Of a stretch of DNA of 64,000 nucleotides, positions 54,119 to 63,382 are shown piece by piece (position 1 is the first letter of the stretch; each line of letters starts with the position of its first letter). Both the position numbers and the translations under genes were made by a program. The stretch is from an uncultured Planctomycetaceae bacterium (GTDB lineage: Bacteria; Planctomycetota; Phycisphaerae; SM23-33). Below the pieces are notes generated by a model that was given only the letters and a program-made list of their open reading frames with translations, had not been told where the DNA came from and did no database searches. The DNA is taken from assembly GCA_964428895.1 (NCBI GenBank), contig CAYRZU010000002.1, positions 14,595-78,594 on the forward strand, in the 5' to 3' direction.

Positions 54119-55591
54119 TCACGGCTGGGCCAGCCAGCGTTCGATTGTCTCCTCGTCGCGCTGATCGTAGCCCGTGAAGCAATTGTCCATGATCCGCCAG
54201 TAGTCGTTGCTGGGATGGTCCGCCAGGGCGTAGTGGTTGTCGACATAGAGGCCGCGCCGGGCTAGCCGGCGCCATTGGCGGAAGGCGGCCTTGTTGTAGG
54301 TCGTTACGTCGCGGTGGGTCCGCTCATAATCCACCATGGCCCGCAACTCAGCGTCAAGTTGACGGGCGACGTCCGGCTGTTGCGAACGGAGATCGTTCAG
54401 TTCCTGCGGGTCGGAGTCCATGTCGAACAGTTGGGCCGGGTAGCCGACGTAGACCACGTACTTCCATTGGCCCTTGCGGATCATGTAGCCGGAGGTGTTG
54501 AGGCTCGTGCCCATGAAGCACGCGTAGGCGGTGTTGCGGCTGTCGGCGGTTTGGCCGGTCGCCAGGGGCAGTAGCGATTCACCGTCCAGCCCTTCGCGCG
54601 GCGGCAAGCCGGTTATCTCAAGGAAGGTGGGGCACAGGTCGATCAGGGAGACCAGGTCCGTGCGGCGTTGACCGGCCGGGATGTCCGGGCCCGCCATGAC
54701 CAACGGCACGCGGACCGAGCCCTCGTAGAACGACATCTTGTACCAGTCTTGGTGTTCCAACGCGAGTTCGCCATGGTCGCTGGAGAAGACGAAGGTAGTC
54801 TCGTCGGCCAGCCCCAGGCGTTCCATGGCGTCGTAGACGCTGCCCACCATGGCGTCGGCCTCGGCGCACATGGCGAAGTAGATGCGCCGCACCTGGCGGA
54901 CGGTGTCGTCATCGAAACCGTATCGCCAGGCCTTGGTCATGCGCTGGTGCAAGCGGCAGGGGTGGTCGCTCGGATCGACCGGCGGGATGTCGACGGCGTC
55001 GGGGGGAATCTTGTTCAGCCAGTAGCGGTTGGTGTTGAACGATGCGTGGACCAGGTTGGTGCTGACGTAGAGGAAGAAGGGCTTGTCGGCGTCCCGCTCG
55101 GTTTCCAGGAACTCGATGGCGTTGTCGACATGCTGCCAGTCGGCCTCATGGCAACGGGGGTTGTCGTCGTCGGCCATGGTGAAGCACTGCGAGGTATCCT
55201 TGTCGTAGACGGGCCGACTGACACCCGCCGCGCCCAGCCAGGCGCTCAGCCGCGCCAATTGCGTGTGCCCGCCGGAGAGATAATCGAGCTTGCCGAAGGT
55301 CCGGACCGTGTGCGTGGTCGGCAACTCAGTTAGCAGCGACCACATCCCCGGCTCGAGGCCTTTATGGTTGTTCCAGCTCTCGCAATGGTGGGTGTATCGG
55401 CCCGACCACATGTTGGCCCGCGAGGGACAGCAAATTGGGTGCGAGCAGTAGGCGTTCTCGAAGATCGCGCCGTCGTCTGCGATCCGATCGATGTTGGGCG
55501 TGGCGTGCCGGCCGGCCGCATGGCCCAGTGCGCCAAGCACGCGCCCGTCCCAACTCTCGGCGTGAAAGAAGATGACGTTGCGACGCTTCAT
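54119..55591 (-). CDS. Formylglycine-dependent sulfatase (Cys-type)
   Basis: ICCPSRANMWSG. VIFFHAESWDG. Sulfatase-like length. Confidence 0.85.
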   Translation of the reverse strand: MKRRNVIFFHAESWDGRVLGALGHAAGRHATPNIDRIADDGAIFENAYCSHPICCPSRANMWSGRYTHHCESWNNHKGLEPGMWSLLTELPTTHTVRTFGKLDYLSGGHTQLARLSAWLGAAGVSRPVYDKDTSQCFTMADDDNPRCHEADWQHVDNAIEFLETERDADKPFFLYVSTNLVHASFNTNRYWLNKIPPDAVDIPPVDPSDHPCRLHQRMTKAWRYGFDDDTVRQVRRIYFAMCAEADAMVGSVYDAMERLGLADETTFVFSSDHGELALEHQDWYKMSFYEGSVRVPLVMAGPDIPAGQRRTDLVSLIDLCPTFLEITGLPPREGLDGESLLPLATGQTADSRNTAYACFMGTSLNTSGYMIRKGQWKYVVYVGYPAQLFDMDSDPQELNDLRSQQPDVARQLDAELRAMVDYERTHRDVTTYNKAAFRQWRRLARRGLYVDNHYALADHPSNDYWRIMDNCFTGYDQRDEETIERWLAQP

Positions 55592-55597
55592 GCGGCC

Positions 55598-56638
55598 CTA
55601 GATCCGATCCACCATCGTGATGCCGACGCCGGTGAAGCTGTTCATGTCCATCAGGGCGGGGATGGCTTCGGCCAGCGTGATCCGGTTGCCGATGAGCTTG
55701 TCGGGCTCGAGTTGGCCTTGCTCGATCATGCGAAGCATATCTCCGTAGGCGTGGGCCTGCATGCCGTGGCTGCCGAGAATTTCCAGTTCCTTGGCGATGA
55801 TGCGGTCCATAGGCACGGGCGAATGGTTGGCTCCGCCCAGCATGAGCCCGACCTGCACGTGCCGTCCGCGCGGCCGCAGGCAGGAGATGGAGTTGAAGCA
55901 GGTCTCGGGGCTGCCCAGGGCGTCGATCGACACGTGCGCCCCGCCCGCGGTAAGGTCCCGGACGGCCTCGACGACGTCGTCGTAGGCGTTGGCGTTGAGG
56001 ATAACATCGGCGCCGATGGAGCGGGCGAATTGGAGCTTCTCGTCGGCGATGTCGACGGCGACCACACCGGCGCCGATCGCGTGGGCGATCATGACGGCCG
56101 AGAGGCCCACCCCGCCGCAGCCGTGAACGGCCACCCATTCGCCGCCGGCGACACGCCCCTGGGCGACCAACGCCCGGAAGCTGGTGGCGAACCGGCAGCC
56201 CAAGCTCGCCGCGGTCACGAAGTCGATCGACTCGGGGAGGGCGACCACATTGGTGTCGGCGTAATCGATGGCCACGTACTCGGCGAAGGATCCCCAATTC
56301 GTGAAGCCGGGCTGGAACTGGTCCGGGCAGACCTGGTGGTTGCCTGACGCGCATTCGGGGCAATGGCCGCAGCCGGCAACGAACGGTAGCGCGACCCGAT
56401 CGCCCGCGTTGAACCGTGTAACGGCCTTGCCGGTTGCTTCGATCACGCCGGCCAGTTCATGGCCCGGCACGTGCGGCAGGGAGATGTCCGAATCGTGACC
56501 CATCCAGCCGTGCCAGTCGGACCGGCACAGGCCGGTCGCCTCGACTTTGATAACCACGCCGCCCTTTGTGGGCGTGGGGTCCGGCACGGTTTGAATCGCC
56601 GGCGCCGCCTGGAATGCCTCGTAAACCACCGCCTTCAT
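55598..56638 (-). CDS. Zinc-dependent alcohol dehydrogenase (MDR family)
   Basis: Start ATG 56638 (MKAVVYEAF). [15 protein letters not shown]. Structural-zinc [22 protein letters not shown] cofactor motif. Confidence 0.8.
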   Translation of the reverse strand: MKAVVYEAFQAAPAIQTVPDPTPTKGGVVIKVEATGLCRSDWHGWMGHDSDISLPHVPGHELAGVIEATGKAVTRFNAGDRVALPFVAGCGHCPECASGNHQVCPDQFQPGFTNWGSFAEYVAIDYADTNVVALPESIDFVTAASLGCRFATSFRALVAQGRVAGGEWVAVHGCGGVGLSAVMIAHAIGAGVVAVDIADEKLQFARSIGADVILNANAYDDVVEAVRDLTAGGAHVSIDALGSPETCFNSISCLRPRGRHVQVGLMLGGANHSPVPMDRIIAKELEILGSHGMQAHAYGDMLRMIEQGQLEPDKLIGNRITLAEAIPALMDMNSFTGVGITMVDRI

Positions 56639-56744
56639 CGCGTTGCTCCCTTCATGCGAGCGGCCCAAATGGTACTCTCCCTTTTCCGAGAGTGAAAGAC
56701 CGGTACAATGCTGCCCGGCAAGACCGCCTCCTGGGAGTCCGTCC

Positions 56745-57437
56745 GTGACGTTTCACCGCAAACTAGTGTTGGTCATTCTGGCGATCGTGTTCGTGCTGAT
56801 CGGGCCCTACCTGCTCTGGCACGAGCCGATGGACGCCTACTTCGGGTCCGAGGAGTATCAGGAATGGCTGACGTCGATTCGGCCTTACGCGTGGCTGGTT
56901 GCTATCGGCCTGATCGTTAGCGACTTGTTCCTGCCGATTCCGGCCGTTCCGATTATGGCGGCGATGGGGGCGCTGTATGGGGCCGCCTGGGGTGGGGTGA
57001 TCGCCACAGCCGGGTCCATGCTGGCCGGACTGGTCGCTTACGGGCTGGCGCGTCTGCTGGGAATCAAGGGGGCTCGACTCCTGGCCAGTGACGCCGAACT
57101 TGCCGACCTACAGCGGTTCTTCGATTCCTGGGGCGCCGCCGGCATCATTGCCAGCCGAGCTTTGCCCGTGGTGCCGGAAGTCATGACGATCCTGGCCGGC
57201 CTGGCCAAGATGCACATCGGCCGATTCCTGCTGGCCTTGGCGCTGGGATCGGCGCCGGTGGGGTTCATCTTCGCGTGGCTGGGCGACACGGCCGAGATAT
57301 CCTCCTCGCTGCTACTGATCCTGACGCTTATCCCGGCCGGCGCCTGGTGCATCTATGTGGTGCTGGCCACGCGACGGCGGCGGGCCGTGGCCGCTCGCCT
57401 GGCCGAGGAGCCGGGATCCCCCGGGCCGCCGCGCTGA
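56745..57437 (+). CDS. DedA/TVP38-family membrane protein
   Basis: GTG start 56745 after GGGAG. Multiple TM segments. Motif region [18 protein letters not shown] is typical of the DedA/SNARE-associated family. Confidence 0.65.
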   Translation: MTFHRKLVLVILAIVFVLIGPYLLWHEPMDAYFGSEEYQEWLTSIRPYAWLVAIGLIVSDLFLPIPAVPIMAAMGALYGAAWGGVIATAGSMLAGLVAYGLARLLGIKGARLLASDAELADLQRFFDSWGAAGIIASRALPVVPEVMTILAGLAKMHIGRFLLALALGSAPVGFIFAWLGDTAEISSSLLLILTLIPAGAWCIYVVLATRRRRAVAARLAEEPGSPGPPR

Positions 57438-57502
57438 GCCGGTATTCCTGCCTTCCGTTTCGGCGACCGGTGTGTATACTTCTCGCTTTGCTAGCGAGAG
57501 GA

Positions 57503-57510
57503 CCCCCCCC
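57503..57510. repeat. C8 homopolymer occupying the RBS-to-ATG spacer of the GH127 gene
   Basis: gagaggaCCCCCCCCatg. Confidence 0.85.
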
Positions 57511-59418
57511 ATGAGCGAACTGAAATTGAACGCCCCCGCCTTCAGGCCCTTGCCGCTCGGCAGCGTTAAGCCCGAAGGCTGGCTGAAACGGCAACTGCAG
57601 ATCCAGGCCGATGGCATCAGCGGCAAGCTGGATGAGTTCTGGCCGGACGTGAAGGACAGCATGTGGTTCGGCGGCTCGGCCGAGGCATGGGAACGCGCCC
57701 CCTATTGGCTGGACGGCGTCCTGCCGTTGGCGTTCCTGCTGGACGATGAGGCCTTCCGGACAAGGATCGTCGGCTACATGGAGTACATCCTGGAGCATCA
57801 GCAAGAGGACGGCTGGCTGGGCCCGCGCGACATGAAAGCCAGCGCCGGCGAGCAGGCCCACTCCAACTACGACGTGTGGGGCCAGGAATTGGCCACCAAG
57901 GTTCTGGCGCTCTACCACGAGGTCGTCGACGACGACCGCGTGCTGGTCGCGTTGGAGAAGAACCTTCGCAAGCTCGAAAGCCACATCGACACGCAGCCCC
58001 TGTGGAACTGGGGTCAGTTCCGCTGGTTCGAAACGCTGCTGGCGATCTACCTGCTGCACGAAGAAACCGACGAGCAGTGGTTGCTCGACCTGGCGGTGAC
58101 CATTCACGCCCAGGGCTTCAATTGGCCCGCGTTCTTCAATCGCTTCCACGAGACCCAACCCACTCGCGAGGGTCGCTGGAACTACATGGGCCACGTCGTC
58201 AACTGCGCCATGGCCGTCAAGGGCTCGGGCCTGTGGTGGCGGGTCAGCGGCGAAGACGCCGACCGGGCAGCCGTCTACGACATCATCGAGAAGCTCGACC
58301 GTTATCACGGCACGATCACCGGCGTCTTTACCGGTGATGAATGCGTGGCCGGCCTGAGCCCGTCGCAGGGAACGGAGTTGTGCGCGGTGGTGGAATACCA
58401 GTTCTCGCTGGAAGTGTTGCTGTCGGTAATGGGCGACCCGGCCTTCGGCGATCGCCTGGAGAAGATCACCTTCAACGCGCTGCCGGCCACATTCTCGCCG
58501 GACATGTGGAGCCACCAATACGACCAGCAGGTCAACCAGGTCGAGTGCAGCGTGGTCGCCAACCGTCGATGGAACACCAACAACGACGACGCCAATTGCT
58601 TCGGCGTGGAACCCAATTACGGCTGCTGCACCGCCAACCTCAGCCAGGGCTGGCCTAAGTTCGCCATGAACCTGTGGATGACCACGCCTGACGACGGCCT
58701 GGCCGCCGTGGCCTACGCGCCCAGTCGCGTCAGCACCGAGCTGGCCGGTACGCCGGTGACGGTCGTCTGCGACACCGAGTATCCGTTCCGGGACACGCTG
58801 CGGTTTGCGGTGACGGCTGAGACCGCAGCGACCTTCCCGCTGCTGCTTCGCATTCCGGCCTGGGCCCAGGGCGCCACCGTGCAAGTGGAGGGCGGCGCTA
58901 CCGAAGCCGCTGCGCCCGGCACGTTCCATCGCATCGAACGGGAATGGGACGGGGCGACCGACGTCGTGCTGACTCTCCCCATGAGGGCCAAGCTGACCCA
59001 CCGCCCCAACGACGCCGTGGCCATTGAACGCGGCCCGTTGGTCTACAGCCTGAAGGTGGGCGAGGACTGGAAGCGCATCAACGAGGACAAGCCCTACCGC
59101 GAATTGCCCCACGCCGATTGGGAAATCCACCCCACCACGCCGTGGAACTACGCCCTGCAGGTTGGCGAAGGCACCATCGCCACGGATGTGGTCTTCGCCG
59201 AAGCTCCGGTCGGCGATATGCCGTTCTCGCCCGAGCAGGCTCCCATGACCGCGACCGTCAAGGGTCGCCGCGTGCCGAGTTGGGAAATGGAGAACGGCTC
59301 GGCCCAGGACGTGCCGGTCGGCCCGGTGGAGATCGCCGACGACGTCGAGCAGCTCACGCTGATCCCGTTCGGCTGCACCAATCTCCGAGTGACGGAATTC
59401 CCGGTCGCTAAGGGATAA
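57511..59418 (+). CDS. GH127 (DUF1680) beta-L-arabinofuranosidase-like glycoside hydrolase
   Basis: RBS GAGAGGA. EPNYGCCTANLSQGWPKF (Cys-rich Zn-site motif of GH127/HypBA1-type enzymes). About 635 aa. Confidence 0.75.
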   Translation: MSELKLNAPAFRPLPLGSVKPEGWLKRQLQIQADGISGKLDEFWPDVKDSMWFGGSAEAWERAPYWLDGVLPLAFLLDDEAFRTRIVGYMEYILEHQQEDGWLGPRDMKASAGEQAHSNYDVWGQELATKVLALYHEVVDDDRVLVALEKNLRKLESHIDTQPLWNWGQFRWFETLLAIYLLHEETDEQWLLDLAVTIHAQGFNWPAFFNRFHETQPTREGRWNYMGHVVNCAMAVKGSGLWWRVSGEDADRAAVYDIIEKLDRYHGTITGVFTGDECVAGLSPSQGTELCAVVEYQFSLEVLLSVMGDPAFGDRLEKITFNALPATFSPDMWSHQYDQQVNQVECSVVANRRWNTNNDDANCFGVEPNYGCCTANLSQGWPKFAMNLWMTTPDDGLAAVAYAPSRVSTELAGTPVTVVCDTEYPFRDTLRFAVTAETAATFPLLLRIPAWAQGATVQVEGGATEAAAPGTFHRIEREWDGATDVVLTLPMRAKLTHRPNDAVAIERGPLVYSLKVGEDWKRINEDKPYRELPHADWEIHPTTPWNYALQVGEGTIATDVVFAEAPVGDMPFSPEQAPMTATVKGRRVPSWEMENGSAQDVPVGPVEIADDVEQLTLIPFGCTNLRVTEFPVAKG

Positions 59419-59456
59419 GCGCGGCGCCGATCCCGCGGTCGCTGCCGGCGCCCGAA

Positions 59457-60188
59457 CTAGGGACGGTCTTCTCGGTAGGGCCGACGGCCAAGGTACCTGT
59501 TGGCGGCGGCGCGCAGCAGGTCGTTTCGAACTTCTCGGCGAGAGTCTGCCCGCCGGAAGCGCCATCGATGGGGATGGATCACAAGGTGGAAGTTGGGCGC
59601 CGTCTTCGCCTCGTCCAGTGTCTTCCAGAGGCCTCGGTAGCTGCGGATGGTGTCGCCCGCCCTCAGGGCAAAGTACTGTCTTACGGGAATGCCGTCGCCG
59701 ACCAGGTTCCCCTCCTTGAGCAACTCGGGTCTGCGTTTGATGAGTTCGAAGTTGTGTGCGTGCGCCTTCTTTCGCAGCCCCAGCTCGCCGTGTGGGTGAA
59801 TGGTGCGAACGTCAACGCCGGCTTCGCGGAAGCGAGTCACCTCTTGGAGCAGCAGTCGTCCCGCGGCGTCGAAATCGCCTCTGCAACGGTCAAGGCACTC
59901 ATAGTGCAACCCCACTTCATGGCCCATGCTCTGGACTGCCCGCATCACGCCGGGGTCGCAAAGATCATGCCGAGCGCGGAAGTAGAATGTGGCCACCCCG
60001 TCAATGGTCTTGAGCAGGGCGGCGAAGAACAGAGCGTGCGTGGGATCCTGGTCGACATCGCAACGCAGGAGCATGAAGGGCTCCTCCGGCAACCGGTCGG
60101 TTCGCTGGAGGAGATCTGAAATACGCAGACAGACCTTGTTCTGCATCAGCACGCGCAATGAATCCAGCAGACGTCGAAGTCCGTACAT
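59457..60188 (-). CDS. Polysaccharide deacetylase (CE4/NodB-homology) family protein
   Basis: True start ATG 60188 (MYGLRRLL...). LLRCDVDQD (motif 1 D-D) and GHEVGLHY (CE4 motif 2 H-x-x-x-x-H). The upstream part of the 487-aa ORF call is an antisense artefact. Confidence 0.55.
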   Translation of the reverse strand: MYGLRRLLDSLRVLMQNKVCLRISDLLQRTDRLPEEPFMLLRCDVDQDPTHALFFAALLKTIDGVATFYFRARHDLCDPGVMRAVQSMGHEVGLHYECLDRCRGDFDAAGRLLLQEVTRFREAGVDVRTIHPHGELGLRKKAHAHNFELIKRRPELLKEGNLVGDGIPVRQYFALRAGDTIRSYRGLWKTLDEAKTAPNFHLVIHPHRWRFRRADSRREVRNDLLRAAANRYLGRRPYREDRP

Positions 60189-60309
60189 TCGCTTCTTCTT
60201 TCCCCCTGACAGACGGGGGGTCGTGCCTACAGGCCTATTAACGGGGGCCCCTCCGTGATCTACAGGTAGGACGATAGTGTCGTCCGGTCGCACGGTCAAC
60301 GGGAAGGTT

Positions 60310-60318
60310 GGGGGGGGG
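60310..60318. repeat. G9 homopolymer in the divergent CE4/FG-GAP intergenic region
   Basis: ggaaggttGGGGGGGGGccgcc. Confidence 0.85.
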
Positions 60319-60446
60319 CCGCCCGTTGGGCCTTGCCGCCGCGAGGGGGTTGCCAAACGGCCGGGCAGGAGGTAGCGTGGGGGGTTCAGCAACGCCCACT
60401 GCGGTGCGGCCGCAGGAGCAATATGATTTCGTAAGGAGGCATCGTT

Positions 60447-61508
60447 ATGCCGCTGCACTTTAGGAAGCAGTTCATCTCGGAAGAGCGTTACGAATCCGCC
60501 GGCGTGTTCGACGTCGACGGCGACGGGCATCTGGATATCGTCAGCGGCGCCTACTGGTACCCCGGGCCCGATTTCCGGACCAAATGCCCCGTCGGCGAGG
60601 TCATGGCTGCCGGCGACTATTACGACGATTTCTCGACTATCCCCATGGATATCACCGGCAACGGCCTGCCGGACTTCGTCACGGGCGGATTCTTCGGGGC
60701 GGCCCTGCAATGGCGAGAGAACCCCGGCAGCCGCGAGAAGCCTTGGGAACTCCACGAGATCGAAAAGTGCGGCAACATCGAGACTACCCGCGCCTGGGAC
60801 ATCGACGGCGATGGCCAGCTCGAAATCATCCCCAACCTGCCCGGTGGCCCGTTGGTGGCCTACAAGCTCGTGGACGGTGAGTTCAAGAAGTACACGCTGT
60901 GGGAAGGCGAGCAAGGTCACGGCCTAGGTTGTGGCGATATCGCCGGCAACGGCCGAATGGATATTGTACTGCGGGGCGGCTGGGCGGAGTGTCCCGAGCG
61001 GCCGTTGGAAGAGCCCTGGACCTTCCACGAAGCGTTCGACCTCGGCAGCGCCTCCGTGCCCATCATCGTCGCCGACGTCAACGGCGACGGGCTGGCAGAC
61101 ATCATCGTCGGCCAAGCCCACGACTACGGCCTGCACTGGTGGGAGCAACTGAAAGAGGGTGGCAATCGCAAGTGGGTCCGCCGGGCGATCGACCCCTTCG
61201 TCAGCCAGTACCACGACATGCAGTGGGTCGACATCGACGGCGACGGCGAATGCGAACTCGTCACCGGCAAGCGCTACCGAGCCCATTGCGGCAATGACCC
61301 CGGCGCGTTGGACCCCGTCGGCATCTACTACTTCAAGTGGACGGGCGAGAGCTTCTCCAAGCAGGTGATCGACCACGGCCCTCCGGGCAGCGCCACCGGC
61401 TGTGGGATTCACTTCGCCATCGCCGACCTGACCGGCGACGGCCGACTCGATATCATCGCCCCGGGCAAGGACGGTCTGTGGGTGTTCTTTAACGAAGGAC
61501 AGTACTAG
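60447..61508 (+). CDS. FG-GAP/VCBS repeat protein
   Basis: FDVDGDGHLDIVSG, WDIDGDGQLEII, ADVNGDGLADIIVG, VDIDGDGECELVTG, DLTGDGRLDIIAPG. RBS AAGGAGG. Confidence 0.7.
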   Translation: MPLHFRKQFISEERYESAGVFDVDGDGHLDIVSGAYWYPGPDFRTKCPVGEVMAAGDYYDDFSTIPMDITGNGLPDFVTGGFFGAALQWRENPGSREKPWELHEIEKCGNIETTRAWDIDGDGQLEIIPNLPGGPLVAYKLVDGEFKKYTLWEGEQGHGLGCGDIAGNGRMDIVLRGGWAECPERPLEEPWTFHEAFDLGSASVPIIVADVNGDGLADIIVGQAHDYGLHWWEQLKEGGNRKWVRRAIDPFVSQYHDMQWVDIDGDGECELVTGKRYRAHCGNDPGALDPVGIYYFKWTGESFSKQVIDHGPPGSATGCGIHFAIADLTGDGRLDIIAPGKDGLWVFFNEGQY

Positions 61509-61562
61509 TCTGCTACCCAGTAGCCAGTGGGGTTGGAATCCAATAGTGGAGTTGAATAGCGG

Positions 61563-61919
61563 ATGTTGCGAAAAGTATTGCGAGCAAAGATTCATCGGGC
61601 CACCGTCACGCAGGCGGACGCCGACTATATTGGGTCAATCACCATCGACCGCGATCTGCTGGATGCGGTGGACCTCGCCCCCGGCGAGTGCGTGTTAGTC
61701 GCCGACATCGATAACAGCAATCGATTCGAGACCTACGTATTCGAAGGCGAGCGCGGCAGTGGCGTGATCTGCCTAAACGGCGCCGCGGCCGGCCTGGTCT
61801 CCGTGGGCGACAAGATCATCATCATCGCGTTCGGCTATGTCGAAGATGAAGACGTCGCCAAGGTAACGCCGCGCGTAATTCTGGTCGACGACGAAAACCG
61901 CGTCTGCCGAACGTTGTAG
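61563..61919 (+). CDS. panD: Aspartate 1-decarboxylase (pyruvoyl-dependent)
   Basis: 118 aa. MLRKVLRAKIHRATVTQADADYIGSITID (PanD N-terminus with the G-S self-cleavage site in YIGS). NGAAAGLVSVGDKIIIIAFG. Confidence 0.85.
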   Translation: MLRKVLRAKIHRATVTQADADYIGSITIDRDLLDAVDLAPGECVLVADIDNSNRFETYVFEGERGSGVICLNGAAAGLVSVGDKIIIIAFGYVEDEDVAKVTPRVILVDDENRVCRTL

Positions 61920-61933
61920 AACCCCTGGGCGCT

Positions 61934-63361
61934 ATGGCCAACCAGCCCAACGTCATTCTGATTACGTCCGACCAGCACCGCTGGGACAGCCTCGGCTGTG
62001 CCGATCATCCGTGCGTGCGGACCCCGCACTTAGATCAGCTCGCCTTCGAGGGCGTGCGGTTCGCCAACGCGTATTCGGACTGCCCCGTCTGCATCCCGGC
62101 CCGTACAACGCTGATCACGGGCGTGAAATCCTCCACCTACGGCTGTCCTTACTATGGCGACCAGTTCCGCCTCGAGCGCGACCGGTCGCAGTTCCTCGGT
62201 AGCCTGATGACGGCCGCCGGTTACCAGACCGCACTGGTCGGCAAGCGCCACTGGCACACGGCTGAGGAGTTCCGGGCGGGCTTCGAGACCGTCATTCCCA
62301 CCGAGCGCTGCAACCGGCAGCAGCTCTTGCACCTCGGCCGCGACGGTTGGCCCTTCGGCACGGGCGCCAACGAGCTGTCGCCCACGCTCTCGCCGCTGCC
62401 GCCGGAACTGCACAATACGGACTGGATCGTCGACCGTTGCATCGAGCTGATCCGCGAGCGCGAAACCGATCAGCCCTTCTTCCTATGGTGTTCGATGGAC
62501 GACCCGCATCCGCCGCTGGCCGTCCACGAGCCGTACTACAGCATGTACGACAATAGCCCCATCCCCGACGCCGCCATCGGCACCTGGGAAGATAGCTCCG
62601 ATTGCCCATCCCAGCAGTTCGGCCATCGCACCGCCTACAACTCCAAGCCCATGGGGGCCGACGAACTCCGCAAGGCCCGCGCCGTCTATTACGGCATGAT
62701 CACCAACATCGATCACCAGCTCGGCCGCCTGTTCGGCTACCTGATGAACCAAGGCCTCTGGGACGACGTGTGGATCATCTACACCACCGACCACGGCGAG
62801 CACCTGGGCGACCACTACGACATCGCCAAGAGCAGCTTCTACAACTCCGCCGCCCGTCTGCCCTTCATCGTTCGCCCGCCGCGCTCGCTGCAGAGCGAAG
62901 ATGGCGGCTGGGTCTCTGATGCTCTGGTCGAATTGGCCGACCTTCTGCCGACCTTCTGCAAGCTCGCCGGCACGGACGTTCCGGACGATGTGGAGGGGGT
63001 GGACCTGTCGGCATTGATCGCCGGCGACATCCCAGCCGTGCGCGAACAACTCTTCGGCGCCATCGACGACCAGCACATGGTCCACGACGGGGCCTACAAG
63101 TACCTCTACTTCACTGCCGACGGCCAAGAGCAACTGTTCGACCACAACGCCGATCCCAACGACCTGACCAACATCGCCGCCAACAAGCCGGAAATCGTCG
63201 CGGGTCTCCGCCAAGCCCTCATCGACCGTCTCCAAGCCATCGGCAGTTCGGATGTGGTCAAGGGAGAACTCCGCAACGACGGCCACACCGACAAGAACGC
63301 CCGCCAGCTCCGCCGCTACAACCCCCTAGGCTGGGGAGGCATGGGGCAAACGCTGGAGTAG
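61934..63361 (+). CDS. Formylglycine-dependent sulfatase (Cys-type)
   Basis: NVILITSDQHRWDSLG. CPVCIPAR. GKRHWH. Confidence 0.9.
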   Translation: MANQPNVILITSDQHRWDSLGCADHPCVRTPHLDQLAFEGVRFANAYSDCPVCIPARTTLITGVKSSTYGCPYYGDQFRLERDRSQFLGSLMTAAGYQTALVGKRHWHTAEEFRAGFETVIPTERCNRQQLLHLGRDGWPFGTGANELSPTLSPLPPELHNTDWIVDRCIELIRERETDQPFFLWCSMDDPHPPLAVHEPYYSMYDNSPIPDAAIGTWEDSSDCPSQQFGHRTAYNSKPMGADELRKARAVYYGMITNIDHQLGRLFGYLMNQGLWDDVWIIYTTDHGEHLGDHYDIAKSSFYNSAARLPFIVRPPRSLQSEDGGWVSDALVELADLLPTFCKLAGTDVPDDVEGVDLSALIAGDIPAVREQLFGAIDDQHMVHDGAYKYLYFTADGQEQLFDHNADPNDLTNIAANKPEIVAGLRQALIDRLQAIGSSDVVKGELRNDGHTDKNARQLRRYNPLGWGGMGQTLE

Positions 63362-63382
63362 AGTTCCCCTCGACCCTCACGC

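Noticed and set aside
55362-56363. Overlapping 333-aa minus-strand and 327-aa plus-strand ORFs
   Set aside because: Both overlap the Zn-ADH gene, which has GHE..G and structural-zinc Cys motifs. Their translations are Arg/Gly/Pro-rich.
59457-60920. Full 487-aa minus-strand ORF call
   Set aside because: Its 5' portion (60189-60920) is antisense to the FG-GAP repeat gene (60447-61508). Only the 243 codons from ATG 60188 resemble a CE4 deacetylase.
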